Shown: positions 37,487 to 47,238 of the stretch, piece by piece
Position numbering within the stretch: the first letter of the stretch is position 1
Layout: the number at the start of each line of letters is the position of its first letter
Made by a program: the position numbers and the translations under genes
From: a virus
Lineage: Duplodnaviria; Caudoviricetes
DNA length: 56,358 bases
Virus record (IMG/VR): IMGVR_UViG_3300036770_007473
Span: 1 to 56,358 of that record
Strand: one strand, 5' to 3'
Notes under the pieces: model-generated
Seen by the model: the letters and a program-made list of their open reading frames with translations, nothing else
Told to the model about the DNA's origin: nothing
Database searches by the model: none

Positions 37487-37614
37487 CCACCGCGCAAACA
37501 CACTATGTTAGTGCTTACCAACCTACGGATCCATGATCCTGGACCTGGGTTATACGCCGTTTAGTGCTGACCTGGGCTGCTGCCAGGGCGAGACACCCTT
37601 TTGTCGCAATCTTA

Positions 37615-37643
37615 ATTCTATATGCATGAGATTTTTTAGTCAA
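37615..37643 (-). promoter_or_regulatory. sigma70-type promoter
   Basis: GGTTGACT-N17-TAGAAT, same flanking pattern as the other early promoters. Confidence 0.65.
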
Positions 37644-37647
37644 CCAC

Positions 37648-37675
37648 AAAAAACCCTGCTAAGGGCAGGGTTTTT
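37648..37675. terminator. intrinsic terminator, potentially bidirectional
   Basis: A-run, CCCTGC-loop-GCAGGG, T-run. Confidence 0.85.
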
Positions 37676-37690
37676 ATGACTAGTTTTTTG

Positions 37691-38239
37691 TCAGATACCG
37701 GGAGAACCTTGTGCTGGCAGCACAAAGTCAAAACCCAGGATTTGTCCAGGCTCGAGATTGAATGTCCAACCTGTGAACGGATTCGGAAAACCAGTGGTGG
37801 CATAATCTGCTGGGTTGCAAATTTGCCCATCGATGGTGAAATTGCTACGCAGATCAGTAAGGGTATCATCTATGGCATCGGCGCTGCTGATCGACCAACC
37901 ACCTTTTGCTTGCACATCCAGTTGCATTGCCTCGGGGGCATCTGCTGTGGTACCTGAGTTGTAATAAACCAATTCTTCTTGGGTCAGTAATGGATTCGGT
38001 CCAAGAAGATAGTTGGTCTGGACCATTCCCACAGTGATGGAGCCACTGTTTGATATCACTGTCATGGTATGACTAGTGTCTTGTGTAATGTCAGCGTCAA
38101 TGGTCATTGTGGCTATACGTGACGTTGAGCCGAGGTCAGTGCCGGAACCGGGACCATTGTAAACAATATTATCATCGATCGTGACTGTTATATTGGCCCC
38201 AGTTGCTATGCCACGCACTGCTATTATTCTGTCTGCCAT
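37691..38239 (-). CDS. hypothetical, possible virion protein
   Basis: Own TAAATA, AAGGAG RBS and terminator; T/G/N-rich. Confidence 0.75.
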   Translation of the reverse strand: MADRIIAVRGIATGANITVTIDDNIVYNGPGSGTDLGSTSRIATMTIDADITQDTSHTMTVISNSGSITVGMVQTNYLLGPNPLLTQEELVYYNSGTTADAPEAMQLDVQAKGGWSISSADAIDDTLTDLRSNFTIDGQICNPADYATTGFPNPFTGWTFNLEPGQILGFDFVLPAQGSPGI

Positions 38240-38288
38240 GTCAATTTACTCCTTGTTTGGTGGTGTGTAGATTATTTATCTTGCACGA

Positions 38289-39059
38289 TTAAATCCAATT
38301 GGCTTTCACCACCGAATCCGATATTTCATGGGGTTTCGGATATCCATGGAAAATCATCACGTGCGTGTGGTTATCCAATACCGAACCTGCGCCGGGTCGC
38401 GCATATGTGCGATTTTTCATGTCCATACCACCGTCCTTGACCTGCCAGCGCCAACTCTTGACCAGGCCGGGATCTATGAATCTAGTGTCTTTTTCAGTGA
38501 GAACTGCGCTGAGATAGTCCTGGTCACCGTGATAGAGCCGAGTGATAGCATGGATGTTCTTGTCCCGAAAATCCTGCCAGATCCAATCGTAACGCACGGT
38601 ATCCCATAGCATCACGCTAGAGTTGATACCTTTCCAGTTAGGGCGCCATAGATGTCGGAAATCCCGTATGGTCCAAAAGTATCTGGGTTCCAGTCCGGTG
38701 ATCCAGTCTATGTTACGCACTATCACAGTATCCAGATCGAAATACAGCACACGCCCTTGTATTTGTCGGCTGTCAAACATCTGCATCTTGTACCACCATG
38801 CTCGTTTACGCCCAGCCATACCGGGCCAGTCTTCCAAGATGTGTTTGATCATGGTGGCCGGCACCGGGCGATCATGCTCAGTAAAAACATGGAAACGTAT
38901 TTCTGAGGTAAGATGCCTGTGTACCATGTTGTAGAGTTTTTCCACATACTCCCAGGCATAGAGATCGCCGTGGATCACACAGGCCACATCAAGCACAGCA
39001 GCGGCACGCTGTCGTTCTTGGCGTGCCAGGATGCGTTGCTGTTTGCTATCCACGATCAC
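38289..39059 (-). CDS. glycosyltransferase (GT-A, GT8-like)
   Basis: WWYKMQMF, LYFDLD, NSSVM, GDQDY, FHGYPKPH. Confidence 0.8.
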   Translation of the reverse strand: MIVDSKQQRILARQERQRAAAVLDVACVIHGDLYAWEYVEKLYNMVHRHLTSEIRFHVFTEHDRPVPATMIKHILEDWPGMAGRKRAWWYKMQMFDSRQIQGRVLYFDLDTVIVRNIDWITGLEPRYFWTIRDFRHLWRPNWKGINSSVMLWDTVRYDWIWQDFRDKNIHAITRLYHGDQDYLSAVLTEKDTRFIDPGLVKSWRWQVKDGGMDMKNRTYARPGAGSVLDNHTHVMIFHGYPKPHEISDSVVKANWI

Positions 39060-40515
39060 TCCACCATGGATATCGCTGTATCACTGCCAGAACTTTTTCT
39101 GGATAATTGGGCTCTACCAGAGTAGTGGCACATTTGTGATTGACCGCGAGATCTGCCCGATTCTGAGAAAAATAGTCATACACTTGATCCGCATCTCTGT
39201 GCTGTGTTTCTATGCAGCTCACGACCTTGCTCTTGATGCTGCCTTCGTCCCCCATCCATCCCCAATGCCAGCCCACATTGCCTTCGGTCCATACACAATG
39301 GCTGCGATCTTTCTTTTTTTGCGCGGTACCTACACCTGCCATGACGCCTTTATAGAGTTTGCAAGGATCCTGGAAATGGCGTTTCTTGGCCACCACATTT
39401 CCGGCCCAGTTCCTGTTGAGTTTCTGGTCGAATCTGTGCATGTACATCTCCAGGCTGCAACTCACAGGGCGGTCGCTTCTTTCCAACTGCAAAAATATGT
39501 CCGACACTCGGTCAGGGTCCAGTATTTCGTCGAGATCACTGTGCATGACTATGTCATCATCGTTACAGTCCGCATAACCCTCTGCTATCGCGGCACGCTG
39601 GCCATTTTCGATGTCCCAGTTGCTCCATCCTTCTGGCACATCCAATTTTATCACTTTCAATCGATCTCCGAGATGCGCATATCTCTCGATGTTGTCAGAG
39701 AGATTATAAGGCTTGGGCAATCCACTGAGTGTGCGATTGCCTTCGCACACTACCCAGCGATCCACCCAGTGTTTGGTGAGATCTATGCGCAGATCTAGCA
39801 TGTCGAATTCGTTATTAAAAAGAAAAGTATCAATTATCATAGGTCTTCCTAACCAATATCTTATCACGTCAGGATGGTAGAGATTGTTCCATGGTTTGCG
39901 ATTGCCGCTGCAAAAAAGTATGGCTGCTTCACCATTGGTGCGTTGCCGCCTGAATCTATCTGTGCGTATGGTACTATCTATGACATCTTGTATGATGCCA
40001 TGTGATTTGCTCGCTGCCACAAACGCTTGCTCTACTCCTACGCGATCGTGCCCTGGCGCATTGTTGTAGACTTCTATCCAGTGTTCAAATGGTTTGCTGC
40101 AAAATCGTTCCCAGATGTCACTGTGGTCGCCTTCCCAGTACATGATGGCAGAACAACTGATGTCACCACGCCAGGGATCGTTGCTCATCAAGAAACTGTG
40201 TCCGCGGCATTGCTCGATGAGATCAGCAAAATCGTCCACGATCAGCATGTCGAGATCGATGAACAGAGTACGACCAGTGAATCCGTGCTCTGCTCTGTGT
40301 ATCTGTATTTTCTGCCATGACTTCCAGCAGTGTTTGCGATCGCCGATGATGTCGATCAAGGGTCGGGTCTCGCAGAATTCCAGTTCAGCATCTGTCACAC
40401 ACACAAAACGGAACGGCACAGAGAGATGCTGTGTGATAGCATTGAGCATACGGCGCACTACATCTGGTGTCCATCCTGCCGACTCATTGACCTTGAGCAG
40501 GGTCACGATAGTCAC
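39046..40515 (-). CDS. fused GT8-like + GT17-like glycosyltransferase
   Basis: N-half FVCVTD, WQK, LFIDLD, RKPW; C-half MIIDTFLFNNEFDML, SDLDEI, GWHW; start uncertain (GTG 40515 chosen). Confidence 0.75.
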   Translation of the reverse strand: MTIVTLLKVNESAGWTPDVVRRMLNAITQHLSVPFRFVCVTDAELEFCETRPLIDIIGDRKHCWKSWQKIQIHRAEHGFTGRTLFIDLDMLIVDDFADLIEQCRGHSFLMSNDPWRGDISCSAIMYWEGDHSDIWERFCSKPFEHWIEVYNNAPGHDRVGVEQAFVAASKSHGIIQDVIDSTIRTDRFRRQRTNGEAAILFCSGNRKPWNNLYHPDVIRYWLGRPMIIDTFLFNNEFDMLDLRIDLTKHWVDRWVVCEGNRTLSGLPKPYNLSDNIERYAHLGDRLKVIKLDVPEGWSNWDIENGQRAAIAEGYADCNDDDIVMHSDLDEILDPDRVSDIFLQLERSDRPVSCSLEMYMHRFDQKLNRNWAGNVVAKKRHFQDPCKLYKGVMAGVGTAQKKKDRSHCVWTEGNVGWHWGWMGDEGSIKSKVVSCIETQHRDADQVYDYFSQNRADLAVNHKCATTLVEPNYPEKVLAVIQRYPWWSDRG

Positions 40516-40522
40516 TGCATCA

Positions 40523-41167
40523 TCAGAACTGGTAGATGATCTGGTAATGGTCATAGACAGGCAGGATGTTTTTCGATTCCAGGTACTCCACGATGCAACG
40601 ACCCTTTCCAGTCCTTCGACCGTCGTTGGCAAAACGAGCATTGTCATCGATGGCTACCACTGTGCCCGGGCGCAGGAAGGGCTCAATGGTCTGGAATTCT
40701 CTGAGATGGTGCTCAGCGCTGGGAGTGTCATCTTGCCATTTGACATCATAACTGTCAAGATAAAAAAGATCTATCTGATCGAGATCTGGTTGTTGCTGGA
40801 GCCAGGCCACACTGTCGCTGCAAAATACCGAAAATCGATCGCAGGAGATATGCTGCCGGGCTCGCTCACAGGCATCTGGGTTGATATCCACACTGCGCAC
40901 CCATCCGCCGGCGATGTCCACAAAAGATGAAAACAACACCGCGCTTTGGCCGTCTTTCCAGTTTCCAGGATCTCTGCAGGTACCAGTCTCGATGATATGA
41001 TATTCCGATCGCGGATTTTTTAACAGGAGGTCAAACATCAGTCGGAATCCATCGATGCGTTGGCCTAATCCGGGCCGCAGTCCTCGTTTGGCAGCATGCT
41101 TGTCTGCTGGTATTCGTTCGGCCAACAAGGGCGCAAACTGTTCCTGATACACACTGCGCCAAGTCAT
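40523..41167 (-). CDS. class I SAM-dependent methyltransferase
   Basis: IIETGT, SVDI, DLFYLDS, VAIDD; ATGA overlap. Confidence 0.8.
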   Translation of the reverse strand: MTWRSVYQEQFAPLLAERIPADKHAAKRGLRPGLGQRIDGFRLMFDLLLKNPRSEYHIIETGTCRDPGNWKDGQSAVLFSSFVDIAGGWVRSVDINPDACERARQHISCDRFSVFCSDSVAWLQQQPDLDQIDLFYLDSYDVKWQDDTPSAEHHLREFQTIEPFLRPGTVVAIDDNARFANDGRRTGKGRCIVEYLESKNILPVYDHYQIIYQF

Positions 41168-41733
41168 CGTGGATCCTGCGGTTTGGTCACTATCCAGCAT
41201 CGCCCACTCTTGGACACACGAACTTCCAGTGGACGGAAAAAATCTTCTACTGCTCGGCACACTTCTGGCCAGCCTTTGGTATAGTCGTCCCCGCCAAAGT
41301 GCCGGCCTGGTCGGACCTTGGGCCACCATGCTCGGAGATCTTGCATCACGGCATCGTAGGTGTGTCCAGCATCAACATAGCAAAAATCCACTGAACCGTC
41401 GACGAAGCGGTCAGCTGCCTGCCAACTCTGAGATTTTATCACAGTGATCTGATCACGTATGGGTGAGATATTCTTGTGGAAATCTTGCTCCAGTGTCTGT
41501 AATTCTTGCCATCCTTGATGTTCCACTCCGCCGTCCCAGGTATCCACGCAGAAAAAAGGTCCCAGTTTGCCGCGGTTGATGAGTTCTACCACACAATAAG
41601 CCGCGCTGCGACCCATCCAAGAGCCCAATTCTACCCAGGTGCCGCCCGAAGGAAATCTTTCTATGGCGAGATCCAGCATGATGGTATTTCGATGGCTCAT
41701 GAAGCCTTCTACATCTTGATAAAAATGTTCCAT
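41164..41733 (-). CDS. class I SAM-dependent methyltransferase (Methyltransf_24-like)
   Basis: VELGSWMGRS, VDTW, YVDAGHTY, GDDY. Confidence 0.85.
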   Translation of the reverse strand: MEHFYQDVEGFMSHRNTIMLDLAIERFPSGGTWVELGSWMGRSAAYCVVELINRGKLGPFFCVDTWDGGVEHQGWQELQTLEQDFHKNISPIRDQITVIKSQSWQAADRFVDGSVDFCYVDAGHTYDAVMQDLRAWWPKVRPGRHFGGDDYTKGWPEVCRAVEDFFRPLEVRVSKSGRCWIVTKPQDPR

Positions 41734-41740
41734 GATTTGA

Positions 41741-41768
41741 TATTTACCATAATCTGCGCCTATAAATA
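41741..41768. promoter_or_regulatory. back-to-back T4-late-like promoters
   Basis: TAAATA on minus (41741..41746) and TATAAATA on plus (41761..41768) between divergent genes. Confidence 0.65.
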
Positions 41769-41773
41769 TTTCC

Positions 41774-42544
41774 ATGAAAACCATCGTTCTTGTTACCGGG
41801 GGGTTCGATCCCATCCACAGCGGACACATAGCATATTTCAAAGCAGCACGAACACTGGGCGACATGTTAATTGTCGGCCTCAATAGTGACGAATGGCTTG
41901 AGCGTAAAAAAGGTCGTGCGTTCATGCCATGGAATGAACGGCTATGCATAATCAACAACCTTGCCATGATAGACGAGGTTTATACCTTTGACGACGAGGA
42001 CGGATCTGCACGGCAGTTCATACATCAGGTCCGGGCACATTATCCCGATGCACGACTGGTGTTTGCCAACGGCGGAGATCGCACAGATAAAAATATACCC
42101 GAGATGGATGTGGGTGATCCCAACATCACATTCGAATTTGGAGTGGGCGGATCTAACAAAGCCAATTCCAGTTCTTGGATATTGGAGGAGTGGAAGGCAC
42201 CGCGCACCCGCAGGACCTGGGGATACTATCGTGTGCTGTATGAATCTCCAGGAGTGAAAGTCAAAGAACTCACAGTGGATCCGGGTGCGTCGTTGAGCAT
42301 GCAGAGGCATCAAGATCGACGAGAATTCTGGTTGGTCAGTTCCGGAGAAGCCACGGTATACAGCCTCAACAGATCCACCGATGCAGAGTTACTGGGCCGC
42401 TACAGTTGCCACCAATATCTACACATCGGCCTGCACGAATGGCATCAGTTAGTGAACGAAGATCCCAATCCTCTCAAGATCGTGGAGATACAGTACGGAG
42501 ATCGCTGCGAGGAAGAGGATATAGAAAGAAAGTTTTTGGGATGA
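41774..42544 (+). CDS. cytidylyltransferase-like domain fused to mannose-6-phosphate isomerase-type cupin
   Basis: TGGFDPIHSGH, GLNSD, ANGGDR, NSSS; then WGYYRVL, LSMQRH, EIQYG..EEDIER. Confidence 0.88.
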   Translation: MKTIVLVTGGFDPIHSGHIAYFKAARTLGDMLIVGLNSDEWLERKKGRAFMPWNERLCIINNLAMIDEVYTFDDEDGSARQFIHQVRAHYPDARLVFANGGDRTDKNIPEMDVGDPNITFEFGVGGSNKANSSSWILEEWKAPRTRRTWGYYRVLYESPGVKVKELTVDPGASLSMQRHQDRREFWLVSSGEATVYSLNRSTDAELLGRYSCHQYLHIGLHEWHQLVNEDPNPLKIVEIQYGDRCEEEDIERKFLG

Positions 42545-43227
42545 AACCCATTCCTGTATTCGTGGGCTATGATCCCAGAGAAGCCATAGCCTATCATGTG
42601 TGTACCAACAGTATCATTCGCAATGCCTCGGCACCAGTGGCCATCATACCCGTGGCCTTGAACCTGTTCCAGGACTATGAAGAAACACATGGCGACAACT
42701 CAAATCATTTCGTTTACACACGTTTCTTGGTACCACATCTCATGGGATTTTCGGGCCGTGCTATATTCATCGACGGTGACATGATCGTGCGCGGAGACAT
42801 AGTGGAACTCTACGACAGTTTTGTCCTAGGCAATGACGTGGCCGTGGTCAAGCATGATTACAAAACACGAATGCCGGTGAAATACATGGGCGCTCCCAAC
42901 GAAGACTATCCGCGCAAAAACTGGAGCTCGGTGATAGTCTGGGATTGCCAAACCTACACCAATCGCAAACTGACACCGGAATTCGTGCAATCGCAGCCTG
43001 GCAGTTTCTTGCATAGATTTAGTTGGATCCCGGAGGATCGTATCCAGGAATTGCCCGCAGAATGGAACTGGTTACCCGACGAGTACGGTGCCAATGCCGA
43101 TGCCAAACTCTTGCACTACACTCTGGGTACACCCTGTTTCCATGAGTTCGCCGACACTCCGCAAGGGGATCTCTGGCACCGAGAGCGCATACTCACAGAG
43201 TACTGTCAGCAGAGCGGCATCAGATGA
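42541..43227 (+). CDS. glycosyltransferase (GT-A)
   Basis: VFVGYDPRE, FIDGDM, YPRKNWSS, WN, HYTLGTP. Confidence 0.82.
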   Translation: MKPIPVFVGYDPREAIAYHVCTNSIIRNASAPVAIIPVALNLFQDYEETHGDNSNHFVYTRFLVPHLMGFSGRAIFIDGDMIVRGDIVELYDSFVLGNDVAVVKHDYKTRMPVKYMGAPNEDYPRKNWSSVIVWDCQTYTNRKLTPEFVQSQPGSFLHRFSWIPEDRIQELPAEWNWLPDEYGANADAKLLHYTLGTPCFHEFADTPQGDLWHRERILTEYCQQSGIR

Positions 43228-43766
43228 AGAAAAAACATCTCGGTGGACACATGAATATCACAAATTTAGATGCTCCTGTGTTTGAATTCCTGGTAAGCAA
43301 TTACCATATCACAAGCATGGTCGATATTGGCTGTGGCCCGGGAGGTATGAAATCGATGGCAGAAAATTTCAAGGTTGACTGGTTCGGTATTGACGGAGAC
43401 GAATCCATAATTTTCCACAGTGATAACACTCGTTGTCATGATTTTTCCACTGGAATTCTTGATCTGGATCTGACTTTTGATCTGGCATGGTCGGTAGAAT
43501 TTTTAGAGCATGTGCAAGAAAAATTTATTCCAAACTTCATGCCGCTATTTTCCAAATCAAAATATGTCTTGATCACAGCAGCGTTGCCTGGTGCGCCCGG
43601 ACATCATCATGTGAACTGCCAGACAAATGATTATTGGATAGAAATTTTTTCAAGCCATGGATTTCGATATCAGGAACAACAGACATTGCATCTGAGATCT
43701 ATCAGCGAAATGAGAAAAGAGTTTTTTAAAAAAAGCGGGATGTTTTTTATTAAGGATAATTCTTAA
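43224..43766 (+). CDS. class I SAM-dependent methyltransferase
   Basis: VDIGCGPG, GIDG, DLAWSVEFLEH, GHHHVN. Confidence 0.85.
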   Translation: MKKKHLGGHMNITNLDAPVFEFLVSNYHITSMVDIGCGPGGMKSMAENFKVDWFGIDGDESIIFHSDNTRCHDFSTGILDLDLTFDLAWSVEFLEHVQEKFIPNFMPLFSKSKYVLITAALPGAPGHHHVNCQTNDYWIEIFSSHGFRYQEQQTLHLRSISEMRKEFFKKSGMFFIKDNS

Positions 43767-44554
43767 TGACTGATTGGATTTTCCTCAGCAAGGGTGGAGC
43801 CGATCAATATATCAATCAATTTGCCGCTGGTAGTGGAGGCTGTGTTACCAACACGGATAATTTTGAATATGAATTCAGTGATCGACCCATCGTGCTGAGA
43901 GGCATCCTAAAACACAAAATCATGCAGCGTTGTTGGCAAGATCATAGAGATTTTTACTACATGGACACAGGGTATTTTGGTAACGGTGTCAATAAACTCT
44001 ACCATCGTATAGTGAAAAATGACCTACAACACGGAGATATCCGACCTAGGTCCGCTGATCGATGGAATTCTTTGCGCATCTCTTTGCCCAAGAAATCAAG
44101 GAAAGGACGACGCATAATCGTGGCGGCACCAGATGAAAAACCTTGTAGATTCTACGGCATCGATCAGCAGACCTGGATACGAGATACTGTCGCCGAACTG
44201 CAGAAACACACTGATCGGCCCATAGTGGTACGTGAACGTGCGTCACGACGTATCGATCGTGTGCAGCATGATCCTCTGCGTGCAGTGTTACAGGACGACG
44301 TGCATGCCTTGGTTACGTTTAACAGCAATGCAGCCGTAGAAAGCATACTGGAGGGAGTACCGGTGTTTGTCACAGCGCCCACACATGCAGCCGCTGCCGT
44401 GGGCAATAGAGATCTTTCTCAAATTGAAAATCCCGCATGGCCTGATCAAGATAAATTATACGCATGGGCCTGCCATCTGGCCTATGGCCAGTTTCATGTT
44501 AATGAGTTGAAAAATGGCACAGCCTATAGGATATTGAATGAAGATAATTGTTAG
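43766..44554 (+). CDS. GT-B protein, capsule-synthesis (KpsC/KpsS)-like
   Basis: YMDTGYF, TDRPIVVR, VTFNSNAAVESILEGVPV. Confidence 0.6.
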   Translation: MTDWIFLSKGGADQYINQFAAGSGGCVTNTDNFEYEFSDRPIVLRGILKHKIMQRCWQDHRDFYYMDTGYFGNGVNKLYHRIVKNDLQHGDIRPRSADRWNSLRISLPKKSRKGRRIIVAAPDEKPCRFYGIDQQTWIRDTVAELQKHTDRPIVVRERASRRIDRVQHDPLRAVLQDDVHALVTFNSNAAVESILEGVPVFVTAPTHAAAAVGNRDLSQIENPAWPDQDKLYAWACHLAYGQFHVNELKNGTAYRILNEDNC

Positions 44555-45569
44555 TCTAGCCAGCGGAGCCAACAACATTGAACGGGATGTCATGCGCAAG
44601 TTCTACTGTGGCATACTGAGGTACTATGCTAGAACCACTGGTCTACCACTGCGAGGAGAGAAAAAAACCATCGATTGGGCTCTGGGTAAACAGTACGGTA
44701 TTGATCTCAGACTCAGTTACGACATCGACCCGGGCTCGTGCGATATCGCTGTACAGTTTGGTGCAGCCAAACCTCGAGATCAAGAACATCATGTGGTCAG
44801 ACAAAATCTAGCCAAAGGTGCTACTCATCTCATACACATAGAGACACCTTTGCTGGGACGTCGCATAGTGCAACGCAATCAACACGAGTACTACCGCATC
44901 GGAGTGGATGGATTTCTCAATGGATCGGCACGATTCCATCCTGAAGACACGCCTTTAGATCCTGATCGGTTGGATCAAATGCAGAACGATCTTGGTGTAC
45001 AATTTATCGGATGGAAAAATCATCAGCACGGTTCTGTGCTAATCCTCACCCAACTCATTGGCGACGCCAGTCTCAGAGGACAAAATCACAGTGAGTGGGT
45101 CAGCGATACAATCAAGGCCATACGATCTATCACTGATAGGCCCATCGTGGTACGCACGCATCCTTCTATGTCTGCCAAGGCTCGCCAGGAATTTTTTTCA
45201 GGGCTAGATTCGCTGATCATGTCTAATCCAGCGAATCTTACCTGGAGTGATGGATCACAGGTACCTCTAGCCCACGATCTTGATCAAGCCGGCATCTGCG
45301 TGACTTACAGCAGTGGCAGCACCATAGACGCTGTATTGGCCGGTGTGCCCTGCATTACCATGGATCAGGGCAATCTTGCCTATCCTGTATCGGAATGGGA
45401 TATTCAAAATATCGCCGCACCTTATACGGCCAAAAATAAAGAGATACGAGATTGGCTGCTGAGGCTGGCCTATAGCCAATGGAATCTAGAGGAAATTGCG
45501 CAAGGGCGTGCGTGGCAACATGTGATAGACATCCTGCAGGAACAGAACATAGATTTGACCAGATCATGA
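44538..45569 (+). CDS. GT-B protein, capsule-synthesis (KpsC/KpsS)-like
   Basis: Q..GDAS, RPIVVRTHP, TYSSGSTIDAVLAGVP. Confidence 0.65.
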   Translation: MKIIVSLASGANNIERDVMRKFYCGILRYYARTTGLPLRGEKKTIDWALGKQYGIDLRLSYDIDPGSCDIAVQFGAAKPRDQEHHVVRQNLAKGATHLIHIETPLLGRRIVQRNQHEYYRIGVDGFLNGSARFHPEDTPLDPDRLDQMQNDLGVQFIGWKNHQHGSVLILTQLIGDASLRGQNHSEWVSDTIKAIRSITDRPIVVRTHPSMSAKARQEFFSGLDSLIMSNPANLTWSDGSQVPLAHDLDQAGICVTYSSGSTIDAVLAGVPCITMDQGNLAYPVSEWDIQNIAAPYTAKNKEIRDWLLRLAYSQWNLEEIAQGRAWQHVIDILQEQNIDLTRS

Positions 45570-46519
45570 AAGTGATAAGTTATCTGGCTACACTGCCGCA
45601 AAAACTTTTATCTACGCAGAGATCTGATGCACCAAAAATACAGACTTTGCAGAAATTTGTGCAAGGTGTGTGCGTGGTTGGTGATCAAGGCATAGTGTCT
45701 GCTGACATGCAATACCAGGATTGCGATGTGGCTGTGATGTTGGGTTGGGTGCATGAACATGGAAAATCTGCTCCGCATCTACAGTTTCGACAAGATCTAC
45801 TGACTAGACAACAGCAACGCGGTGGTCGTGTGGTCATTGCCGACAGCAACTTATTTTTGTATGCCAATCTCGACAACCCTCACCGGATCACACGCTACAG
45901 TTTTGACGGAGTGTTCCCTGACACCGGTGAATACTGCGACACCGAGCCAGATCCCAGACGGTGGCAACAGATAAAACAGACCATGAGCGTCGATCTCAGA
46001 TCCTGGCGCGATCAAGGAAATCATATACTGATGTGCCTACAACGCGACGGAGGATGGAGCATGGCTGGATTCAGCGTGGTAGACTGGGCATTGATCACTG
46101 CCAAACAGATCCGTCAACACAGCAATCGACCCATCAGGATCCGTCCTCATCCTGGTGACAAGAAAGCCGGCAGATACTGTCGAGACATCCTAGAATTATT
46201 TGCGAAACATGGTATTCAAAATGTGTCATTGAGTGACAGCAACACTGCCCTGACCAGAGATTTTAAACATTGCTGGGCCATGGTATGCCACAACAGCAGC
46301 CCCGGTGTAGCAGCTGCTATCGAAGGCATACCAGTGTTTGTGACCGATCCGATGCGTAGCCAGGCACGAGAGGTGGCCAATACTGACATTGCCATGATAG
46401 AAAATCCGCTGCTACCGGATCGAGATGCATGGATACAGCGCATCAGCCAGTTTCACTGGAGTTATGCAGATCTCGAATCGGGTGCTTGCTGGCAACACAT
46501 GAGGAAATGGGTACGATGA
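45566..46519 (+). CDS. GT-B protein, capsule-synthesis (KpsC/KpsS)-like
   Basis: RPIRIRPHP, HNSSPGVAAAIEGIPV; ATGA overlap. Confidence 0.62.
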   Translation: MKVISYLATLPQKLLSTQRSDAPKIQTLQKFVQGVCVVGDQGIVSADMQYQDCDVAVMLGWVHEHGKSAPHLQFRQDLLTRQQQRGGRVVIADSNLFLYANLDNPHRITRYSFDGVFPDTGEYCDTEPDPRRWQQIKQTMSVDLRSWRDQGNHILMCLQRDGGWSMAGFSVVDWALITAKQIRQHSNRPIRIRPHPGDKKAGRYCRDILELFAKHGIQNVSLSDSNTALTRDFKHCWAMVCHNSSPGVAAAIEGIPVFVTDPMRSQAREVANTDIAMIENPLLPDRDAWIQRISQFHWSYADLESGACWQHMRKWVR

Positions 46520-47238
46520 ACATAGATGTGATAACCAGTTTCAACCAAAAATATTTTGATATAATTGGTAACCGATGTGTATCTACTTGGTTGAAACATT
46601 GGCCTCGTGACATGATACTGACCTGTTATGTGGAGAACATGCGCATCCCTAATCTTACTCGCACGCGCCAAATTGAGTTTGACCAGTTGGGATCACATTA
46701 TCGAGATTTCCAAGCTGCGCCGGTCAAAGGTCGTGTGCATACCTTTGCCAAAAAAGCGTTTTCGGTGATCCATGCTATGCACCACAGCAGCGCAGATCGA
46801 ATCGTTTGGCTGGATGCAGATGTGCTGACTCTCCGTGCAGTTGATCGAGTCTTGTTAGAACATATCATGCCCGATGATGTTGTGAGCACTCACATGGGTG
46901 TGACCTATAGTGCAGATGGGCGAGGCCGGCCTGGCTCATGGTTGGTGCCCGAGACCGGTGTGTTTGTGCTTAACACGCGACATGAAAGATTTTGTGCTTT
47001 CCGTGATGAGTACACCAGACGATATCAAGATCAAGATTTCGTAGGCCTTAGACGCAGTTACGACAATGATGTATATGGTGCAGTGATCACCAAACTGGAC
47101 ATTCCATCACTTGATCTCTGTGCCGATCTCAAAAAACCCTATAAAACTCCTCTCAAACACACTGTGTTAGGAGAGTATCTACATCACTACAAAGCCAAAC
47201 ACAGCAAAGATCACTTTGCTGCCACAGCAGACCAGTAA
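46516..47238 (+). CDS. nucleotide-diphospho-sugar transferase (GT-A)
   Basis: VITSFN, FAKKAF, WLDAD, ETG, HYK. Confidence 0.72.
   Translation: MNIDVITSFNQKYFDIIGNRCVSTWLKHWPRDMILTCYVENMRIPNLTRTRQIEFDQLGSHYRDFQAAPVKGRVHTFAKKAFSVIHAMHHSSADRIVWLDADVLTLRAVDRVLLEHIMPDDVVSTHMGVTYSADGRGRPGSWLVPETGVFVLNTRHERFCAFRDEYTRRYQDQDFVGLRRSYDNDVYGAVITKLDIPSLDLCADLKKPYKTPLKHTVLGEYLHHYKAKHSKDHFAATADQ

Noticed and set aside
37530-37600. Resemblance to SRP RNA (CAGGTC and AGCAGC words)
   Set aside because: The words are in the wrong order and the GNRA-capped domain IV hairpin is absent.
39031-40930. 255-aa and 278-aa plus-strand ORFs
   Set aside because: Antisense to motif-supported glycosyltransferase and methyltransferase genes.
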